A stretch of 64,000 bases of DNA, taken from NCBI GenBank assembly GCA_017506175.1, contig JAFVNW010000002.1, positions 11,636-75,635 of the forward strand. The letters are read 5' to 3'. Positions 57,326-64,000 of this stretch are shown here, piece by piece. A model generated the notes under the pieces. The model made no database searches, was not told the origin of the DNA, and worked only from the letters and a program-made list of their open reading frames with translations. Position 1 is the stretch's first letter, and every line of letters begins with the position of its first letter. The translations under genes and the position numbers were made by a program. Origin of the DNA: Bacteroidales bacterium. GTDB taxonomy: Bacteria > Bacteroidota > Bacteroidia > Bacteroidales > WCHB1-69.

Positions 57326-57393
57326 AAACCCATTGTTAGGAGACAATGTGCACATCGTCTTCATAAGAACAAACATCACGATTATCGCACAAA

Positions 57394-59319
57394 ATGATTT
57401 CAATCAATAAACTATCGGTCAATTTCACAGGGGATTTCCTGTTCAAGGATGTGTCGTTTGTGGTTGGCGACCGCGACCGCATCGGGTTGGTGGGGAAGAA
57501 TGGCGCTGGCAAATCCACCTTGCTGAAAATCATCCACAAGGAGTTGCAGCCCGAGTCGGGCGAGATTGTGATTTCCGCCGGCCACCGCACAGGCTACCTT
57601 CCGCAGGAGATCCATTGCAACTACACGACCACCATTTGGGAGGAGACGATGACCGCTTTCGTGGAACAACGCAATATAGAACGCAAAATCGGCTCCGTTA
57701 CACAGTCACTATCCGACAGAACCGATTATGAATCAGATGAATACGCGAAATTAGCGCAGCAACTCTCCGACCTCAACGACCGTTTCCACCACTTGGGGGG
57801 GGCTACTATGGAAGGCGATGCGGAGAAGGTTCTCCTTGGTCTCGGTTTCCGCAAAACTGACTTCAGCCGTCCGATGATGGAGTTCAGCACCGGCTGGCAG
57901 ATGCGTGTCAACCTCGCCAAAATCCTGCTCCAGCAACCCGAAATCATTCTCCTTGATGAGCCGACCAATCACCTCGACATCGAGTCCATCCAATGGTTGG
58001 AGGACTACCTCGCCAGCTACGACGGCGCGCTCATTCTCGTCTCCCACGACCGCGCCTTCCTCGACCGTGTCACCAATCGCACCGTTGAAATCACCTTCGG
58101 CAATATCCAAGACTACAAGTGCAGCTACTCCACTTACGTGCAACAAAGGTTGGAACGTATCGAAGCCCAGCAGAATGCTTACGAAAACCAACAGAAGGAG
58201 ATTGCGCAGATTGAGAAGTTCATTGAGCGATTCCGCTACAAGGCAACCAAGGCCAAGCAGGTGCAGAGCCGCTTGAAATTGTTGGACAAAATGGACAAAA
58301 TTGAGGTGGACGAAATCGACAACTCGCACATTTCGTTCCGCTTCCCACCCGCCCCGCACTCTGGTCGCGTGACCGTCAGCGCTGAAAACGCCACTATCGG
58401 CTACGACAATCTCGAAGTACTGAAAAATATCGATTTTCACTTGGAAAGAGGCGAAAAAGTAGCCTTTGTCGGCCGCAACGGCGAAGGCAAATCCACAATG
58501 GTAAAGGCGATTGTGGGCGAATTGCAGCCGATGTCGGGTACCGTTCAGCTCGGCCATCAGGTGGTGATCGGCTATTATGCCCAGAACCAAGCGATGCTAC
58601 TGAATCCCAACAAGACCGTTTTTGAAACCATCGACGAGATTGCGGTTGGCGACATCCGTCCGAAAATCCGCACCATCCTCGGCAGTTTCCTCTTCGATAC
58701 GGAGGACACCGAGAAGAAGGTGGCGGTGCTCTCCGGTGGCGAGAAGTCGCGCCTCGCACTCGCTAAACTGCTGCTTTCACCCTTCAATCTGCTCATCCTC
58801 GATGAGCCCACCAATCACCTCGACATGCAGTCGAAGGACGTGCTTAAAAGCGCTTTGCTGCAATACGAGGGCAGTATGATCCTCGTGTCGCACGACCGTG
58901 ACTTCCTGCAAGGACTGAGCACCAAAGTGTTCGAGTTCCGTGACCACGCAATCAAAACTTACTTTGGTGACGTGTATGACTTTCTGGAGAAAAAGAAAGT
59001 GGATTCGTTCCATGCCTTGCAGGCACAGGACACGCTGCAAAAGGGCGATGCGGTTCAGCAGAAGGTGAGCACCAACAAGCAGAACTGGGAGAAGAAAAAG
59101 GAACGCGAGGCTATCGATCGCAAGAAAAACAACCAGGTAAAGAGGTTGGAGGACGAAATTGCCAAATTGAACAAGCAGAAGGCGGAAATTGAGAGCAAAC
59201 TTGCTGATCCTGAGCATTATAGCGCGGAAATCGCATCGGGCGAACTCTATGCCGCCTACGAGAAAATACTGGACGCCATCAATGAGAAGGAAGAAAAGTG
59301 GATGGAAATACAGATGTAG
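57394..59319 (+). CDS. ABC-F family ATP-binding protein
   Basis: Two ABC domains (GKNGAGKST and GRNGEGKST, LDEPTNHLD x2), no TM helices, C-terminal coiled coil. Confidence 0.93.
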   Translation: MISINKLSVNFTGDFLFKDVSFVVGDRDRIGLVGKNGAGKSTLLKIIHKELQPESGEIVISAGHRTGYLPQEIHCNYTTTIWEETMTAFVEQRNIERKIGSVTQSLSDRTDYESDEYAKLAQQLSDLNDRFHHLGGATMEGDAEKVLLGLGFRKTDFSRPMMEFSTGWQMRVNLAKILLQQPEIILLDEPTNHLDIESIQWLEDYLASYDGALILVSHDRAFLDRVTNRTVEITFGNIQDYKCSYSTYVQQRLERIEAQQNAYENQQKEIAQIEKFIERFRYKATKAKQVQSRLKLLDKMDKIEVDEIDNSHISFRFPPAPHSGRVTVSAENATIGYDNLEVLKNIDFHLERGEKVAFVGRNGEGKSTMVKAIVGELQPMSGTVQLGHQVVIGYYAQNQAMLLNPNKTVFETIDEIAVGDIRPKIRTILGSFLFDTEDTEKKVAVLSGGEKSRLALAKLLLSPFNLLILDEPTNHLDMQSKDVLKSALLQYEGSMILVSHDRDFLQGLSTKVFEFRDHAIKTYFGDVYDFLEKKKVDSFHALQAQDTLQKGDAVQQKVSTNKQNWEKKKEREAIDRKKNNQVKRLEDEIAKLNKQKAEIESKLADPEHYSAEIASGELYAAYEKILDAINEKEEKWMEIQM

Positions 59320-59350
59320 ATAGGAGATGCATAATTAATATGATATCATT

Positions 59351-61381
59351 ATGAAAAATCTTTTATTATTTGTAGTGATTTTGTTTGGCTCGATGCGGGT
59401 GACGTTTGCACAGACTGATTGCGTGGACATCAACTATTCGGAAACGTTTTACGATGACTTCGGCGAGTTTACCGTTGTGGATGCCTTTGGCGATTGCTCG
59501 TGGTTTTGGTACTCCAGCTATCATTGCGCCTATGTCAATAGTTACAACTGCGAAACCGGTGACGACGACTGGCTGATTTCCCCCTCTTTTGACCTGTCGG
59601 AGATGGTTAGCGCGTCGTTCAGTTTCACGCAAGCCAACGCTTACGGTTCTTCCCCCGCCAACTGGCCGGCACATTGTCAGGTGCTCGTTTCCTCTGATTA
59701 CGCTGGAAATCCTGCAACTGCCACTTGGGAACAGCTGGCTATTCCGAACTGGGGCAGCAGCAATTGGACGTGGCAGACCCAAAACATTGATTTGCCTTCC
59801 AACTATCTGGGGGAGAATTCAGTCACCATTGCCTTCCGCTATGTGACAGATAGCGTGGACTTCCCAGCCTGGGAGATCAAGGATTTCACTTTCATCGCGT
59901 CCTGCACCAACAGCTCTTCCAGCACGATCGTCTTCAATGGACAGCCCTTGACCAACTATGTCAACCGGACGGTCACTTTCGGACAGACGCTGCATGTTTG
60001 TGGTCGCTACGGCAACACTTTTTACCTCTCTTACGAGCGTTTGCGTCAGCCGCAGGAGATGGCCATCGAGGGCACTGCGCTGTTTGATTCGCTGCGCACG
60101 AAATGCGACAATGCCATCTTGACAGCCACCTTCAATGGTGTGTGGGGCGATAGCATCCGCACGGGCGCTACCCTTGAGAACTTGGAAGCAACGATAGTAG
60201 GGGAGCGGATGATTGTGGTTAACGGAAGTCAGGTCTTCGGCAACAATGAAAGGCCGACGCATTTGCCGGAGTTGGGCGATGGACGACTGTTGGTTTGTGC
60301 CGCCAATCTCGAGTACTATTGTCCCGACTGGGAAGGTACTTTCAGCGCGGCCGAAAGCGATTCCGACTTTTTAGTGCAGCACACGAAACTAACGAAGGCT
60401 TTCGCTCATATCGGTGCCGACATCTATGCAGTTACGGAAATCCAAAATGGGAATCGCGCCCTCGCCGACATCGTGGACGGACTGAACGAACTTACCGATT
60501 TCGGCCGCTACACTTATGTGCAAGACCATGATACAGAAGTGAATGACTATACGAAGGTCGGCTTCATCTACCGAACTGACAGGGTGACGCCTGTTTTGGA
60601 GTTGGGACGTCCTTATGAGAACAGTTGGGTTTACAGAAAGCGAGAGTATGTGCAGGCTTTTGAAGAGATTTCTACCGGCGAGCGCTTTGTGCTGAGTATG
60701 AACCACTTCAAGGCGCAAGAAGGAATGGACGACACCTCCACGAATGAAATCAGGATGCAGAATGTGGAGCAGTTGGTTGAATTTCTGGAAGAGAAATTAT
60801 CGGAGAACTATTATCAGGATTCCGATATTCTGATTGTGGGTGATTTGAACTGTTCCACGATGGCGGAGCCGATTCGCTATCTGTCGGAAAATGGCTATGA
60901 AAACCAGTTAAGTGTCTATTCTCCAGATGAATATAGTTACGTATTCAACAACGAAATAGAATATCTTGACCACGCCTTCGCATCGCCATCGTTGGCTGTG
61001 CAAATAACGGGCGCTGCGCCTTATCACTTGAACGCGGACGAGCCCTACGCGGTCTATTTCCCATCTGGAGACACTACCATCTACCGCTATTCCGACCACG
61101 ATCCGGTTCTGATAGCCCTCAATCTTTACACCCCCCCTACGGATACGAATGAAATTTCCACTTATGAAATGGGCGAAAATACCAGCTTAAACTGCAGAAT
61201 TAACAGCTCTAACAATAGAATTTTCGTCGAAAATCTGCGTCCTGCCGATGTTGTTGTTTATGATATGACCGGACGTACGGTTTTCAGCCAAAAGAATGTA
61301 ATTCGGTGCGAAGTCGCTTTAAAACCCGCAGTTTATGTGGTTAAAAGTGGTAGCGTGGTGAAGAAAGTGGTGCTGAGATAG
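59351..61381 (+). CDS. T9SS-secreted ExeM/NucH-like endonuclease/exonuclease/phosphatase with an N-terminal choice-of-anchor-J-like domain
   Basis: DDWLISP N-domain; NLEYY, EIQN, NHFKA, GDLN, YSYVF...LDH, YSDHDPV; CTD YDMTGR...VYVVK...KKVV. Confidence 0.85.
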   Translation: MKNLLLFVVILFGSMRVTFAQTDCVDINYSETFYDDFGEFTVVDAFGDCSWFWYSSYHCAYVNSYNCETGDDDWLISPSFDLSEMVSASFSFTQANAYGSSPANWPAHCQVLVSSDYAGNPATATWEQLAIPNWGSSNWTWQTQNIDLPSNYLGENSVTIAFRYVTDSVDFPAWEIKDFTFIASCTNSSSSTIVFNGQPLTNYVNRTVTFGQTLHVCGRYGNTFYLSYERLRQPQEMAIEGTALFDSLRTKCDNAILTATFNGVWGDSIRTGATLENLEATIVGERMIVVNGSQVFGNNERPTHLPELGDGRLLVCAANLEYYCPDWEGTFSAAESDSDFLVQHTKLTKAFAHIGADIYAVTEIQNGNRALADIVDGLNELTDFGRYTYVQDHDTEVNDYTKVGFIYRTDRVTPVLELGRPYENSWVYRKREYVQAFEEISTGERFVLSMNHFKAQEGMDDTSTNEIRMQNVEQLVEFLEEKLSENYYQDSDILIVGDLNCSTMAEPIRYLSENGYENQLSVYSPDEYSYVFNNEIEYLDHAFASPSLAVQITGAAPYHLNADEPYAVYFPSGDTTIYRYSDHDPVLIALNLYTPPTDTNEISTYEMGENTSLNCRINSSNNRIFVENLRPADVVVYDMTGRTVFSQKNVIRCEVALKPAVYVVKSGSVVKKVVLR

Positions 61382-61403
61382 CCCGACTTACATGGTTAAG
61401 GGC

Positions 61404-61443
61404 AAAAAAAGAAACCCCGATTCCAATGGAATCAGGGTTTCTT
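61404..61443 (-). terminator. Intrinsic terminator after rpsT (probably bidirectional)
   Basis: aaaaaaagaaaccc-c-gattcc-aat-ggaatc-a-gggtttctt. Confidence 0.8.
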
Positions 61444-61463
61444 CAGTCATTATGAAAACAAAA

Positions 61464-61715
61464 TTACAGGTTGTTGATTTTCTTCATCAACCCTGATTTT
61501 AAATTTGCTGCCTTGTTTTTATGGATGATGCCTTTCTTAGCCAGTCTATCGATGATGGATTCAACTTTAGGCAGTTGTTGTTGAGCGGTGGCTTTGTCGG
61601 ATACCATTCTTAAATCGCGTAATGCGTTACGCATCGTTTTTGCATAATAGCGGTTCGCTAATCTCTTGCTGTTATTAGCTCTGATTCTCTTGATTGATGA
61701 CTTATGATTTGCCAT
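61464..61715 (-). CDS. rpsT: 30S ribosomal protein S20
   Basis: [12 protein letters not shown]...[20 protein letters not shown]. Confidence 0.98.
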   Translation of the reverse strand: MANHKSSIKRIRANNSKRLANRYYAKTMRNALRDLRMVSDKATAQQQLPKVESIIDRLAKKGIIHKNKAANLKSGLMKKINNL

Positions 61716-61924
61716 TTCTTACTAACTTTTCTTTTGTTTTTATCCTTCAAAATTTAGGCTGCAAAAATACTACTTTTTTCTTTACAAACAAACCGTAATG
61801 AAAAAAAATAAAAAAAAAGTCCCTATGACGCACCAATACTGCAAAATATGTGTATTTTTGCCCTCGCTTTATGAGGATTGAAAGGAATTGTTACGAGGGC
61901 TCTTTCAAAAAAATGTAAATGTAA

Positions 61925-62944
61925 GTGATTAATTTCTACAAACATAATGACATTGACAAAGCGAAATGGAACCGTTGCGTAGCGAGTTCTTCTATCCCTA
62001 CTTTTTTTGCTGATTTTGACCTTCTTTCCATTGCGAACCCTACATGGGGCGCATTGATTGAGGATGATTACTTGTCGGTGATGCCGCTTCCTTGTCGCAA
62101 TAAATGGAAGGTTTCCTACATCTATTCGCCATTTTATATTTCCCGCCTGGGCATTTTTTCCACGCAATCCATCACGCCGGCAAAAGTGGCGGAGTTTGTC
62201 GCTGCCATTCCCCGTCGCTTCCAACAGGTTGACCTCCATCTCAACGAAACCAATCCTTCTGATTTGATTTCATCGAAAGCCGGGGTGTTGGTTTCTCACC
62301 GCTTGGATTTGAATGCCCCCTACGAGGATATTTTCGGCCATTATGCCACCAATACCAAGCGGAATGTGAAATCGGCGCGCTCGCAGGGACTGCTCCTTGA
62401 CACAGAAATCCCCGTTTCGGAGGTGATTTCCCTCTTTCGTGCCAGTAGCCGTGGTCAGGACAAAGCCGTCAGGATGGGCGATGCCGACTATGGCTGTTTT
62501 CTTGAAATGGCGGGATTCGCGTGTCAGCGCGGTTTGCTTGACACGTGGGGCGCCCGCACACCCAATGGACAACTCATTGCCGGAGCCTGCTTCCTGAAAG
62601 ATGCGCAACGCACCTGGTTTTGGGCTTCCGGTCGCAATGAAGAGCTCGCGCGTTTCAAAGCGATGTTTTTTATCCTTGACGAGTACATCCGTCAGCACGC
62701 GCATCAACCCCTCGTGCTCGACTTCAATGGATCCTCCAATCCGAATGTTGCGCGTTTCTATCGCCAATTCGGCTCCGAAAAATACACCTGCCCCGCACTC
62801 AACTTTACAAGAAATGGAATGTTGAAACCCCTTATTCGGATCTATAAGAGGATGAAGGAGAGGGGGGGGGCGCAGCACGCCGTATCGCCCATCTGCAATG
62901 AACGAATCAATGAATCAACAAATCAACAAATCAACAAATCATGA
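61925..62944 (+). CDS. GNAT/FemAB-like acyltransferase
   Basis: IDKAKWNRCV, VMPLP, YATNTKRNVK, LDFNGSSNPNVARFYRQFG; the last ~28 aa are low-complexity. Confidence 0.78.
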   Translation: MINFYKHNDIDKAKWNRCVASSSIPTFFADFDLLSIANPTWGALIEDDYLSVMPLPCRNKWKVSYIYSPFYISRLGIFSTQSITPAKVAEFVAAIPRRFQQVDLHLNETNPSDLISSKAGVLVSHRLDLNAPYEDIFGHYATNTKRNVKSARSQGLLLDTEIPVSEVISLFRASSRGQDKAVRMGDADYGCFLEMAGFACQRGLLDTWGARTPNGQLIAGACFLKDAQRTWFWASGRNEELARFKAMFFILDEYIRQHAHQPLVLDFNGSSNPNVARFYRQFGSEKYTCPALNFTRNGMLKPLIRIYKRMKERGGAQHAVSPICNERINESTNQQINKS

Positions 62945-63609
62945 AATCAGTAAGAAATCTTGGATTAGAAAACAGCATTTTCAATCAGTACATTTCAGAA
63001 TTGCGCAACGTGGATGTTCAAGGAGACCGCATGCGTTTTCGTCGCAACCTGGAGCGCTTGGGGCAAATTTTCGCTTACGAAATCAGCAAAACGTTTCAGT
63101 ATAAGCCGGTTGAAGTGACAACTCCCTTGGGAACCAAGACAATGTATCTGATGGAGGAGCAGCCGATTCTCGCAACCATTTTGCGTGCCGGTCTGCCGAT
63201 GCATCAAGGGATGCTCGACATCTTCGACCATGCCGACAACGCCTTCATCTCCGCCTTCCGCAAGCATTACGTTGACGGCACTTTCGACATTCAGATCGAT
63301 TATATGTCGTCCCCTGAGATGGAAAACCGCATCCTCATCATCTGCGACCCGATGTTGGCAACCGGACAATCGATGATTTGCACCTATAACGAGATTATGG
63401 CGATGGGTGCCCCGAAATATTTCCACGTGGTTTCTGCCATTGCAAGCACGCAGGGCGTTCAATATCTGCAAGATAACCTTCCAGATACCAATTGCACTAT
63501 CTGGCTTGGCGCAGTTGATGACGAACTGACTGCCCAGTCGTACATCGTTCCCGGTCTGGGCGATGCCGGCGACCTTGCTTATGGCAGCAAAACCGACTCA
63601 ATAATATAG
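62941..63609 (+). CDS. upp: Uracil phosphoribosyltransferase
   Basis: MRFRRNLERLG, ILRAGL, CDPMLATG, YIVPGLGDAGD. Confidence 0.96.
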   Translation: MKSVRNLGLENSIFNQYISELRNVDVQGDRMRFRRNLERLGQIFAYEISKTFQYKPVEVTTPLGTKTMYLMEEQPILATILRAGLPMHQGMLDIFDHADNAFISAFRKHYVDGTFDIQIDYMSSPEMENRILIICDPMLATGQSMICTYNEIMAMGAPKYFHVVSAIASTQGVQYLQDNLPDTNCTIWLGAVDDELTAQSYIVPGLGDAGDLAYGSKTDSII

Positions 63610-63616
63610 CTGACAG

Positions 63617-64000
63617 CTAATCGCTAACTTTGAACCATCTCTTCATATCGTCCACCAAATCCAGTTTCTCCCAACCGAAGAAGGTGACGGTTTTGAAGAT
63701 TTTTCCGTCTCTTTTGACAGTATCCTTGTCTTCGTAAAACACCTCCACCTCTTGTTCGTAGGAGTCGCGGCCGAAGTGTCCGTAGGTGGCAGTGGCTTCA
63801 TAGATGGGGTTTTTCAGTTTGAAGCGGTTGATGATGCCGTAAGGGGTGAGGTCGATGTTTGCCTCGATGATTTTGGCGATTTCGCCATCGCTCATTTTCA
63901 CTTTGGCAGTGCCGTAGGTGTTAACGAAAATACCGACGGGTTTGGCCACACCGATGGCGTAGGCGAGTTGGATGAGGACTTTGTCGCAGATGCCAGCGGC
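63617..64000 (-). CDS. metK: S-adenosylmethionine synthetase, 3' part only; starts beyond the window
   Basis: QLAYAIGVAKPV...NTYGT...DLTPYGII...PIYEATATYGHFGR...WEKLD. Confidence 0.95.
   Translation of the reverse strand, partial: AAGICDKVLIQLAYAIGVAKPVGIFVNTYGTAKVKMSDGEIAKIIEANIDLTPYGIINRFKLKNPIYEATATYGHFGRDSYEQEVEVFYEDKDTVKRDGKIFKTVTFFGWEKLDLVDDMKRWFKVSD

Noticed and set aside
63617-63790. Insertion in the MetK C-terminus
   Set aside because: Bacteroidetes MetK proteins commonly have an extended segment between YGHxGR and WEKLD.

Overview
This is a chromosomal segment of a Bacteroidales-type bacterium, judged from TAnnTTTG -7 promoter boxes, AT-rich start regions without Shine-Dalgarno sites and T9SS C-terminal domains. 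Most of it is housekeeping: tRNA-Lys, mlaEF, ruvB, cdaA, coaE, nadA, rlmI, pepP, lgt, mtaB, yidC, sufE, rpsT, upp and metK. Four accessory blocks stand out. (1) A DUF3791-DUF3990-DUF3791 toxin/antitoxin-like triplet whose DUF3990 carries an apparent in-frame deletion. (2) A 2111-aa T9SS adhesin next to a frameshifted patatin. (3) A 27.7-30.8 kb locus with a stand-alone LytTR-like regulator, a self-contained ~200-nt small transcript and a structured leader RNA ahead of three exported-protein genes. The small transcript and the leader share an identical 18-nt motif, and the leader also carries the near-complement of that motif. This is my best candidate for an undescribed RNA-switch system. (4) A ~21.6-kb aryl-polyene/flexirubin-like type II PKS cluster. 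It has a Ser-Ser-Gly ammonia-lyase and a B12-radical SAM enzyme, but no FabG or DarAB. I found no CRISPR array, integrase, transposase or rRNA. All family calls come from motif recognition by eye, not from database searches.
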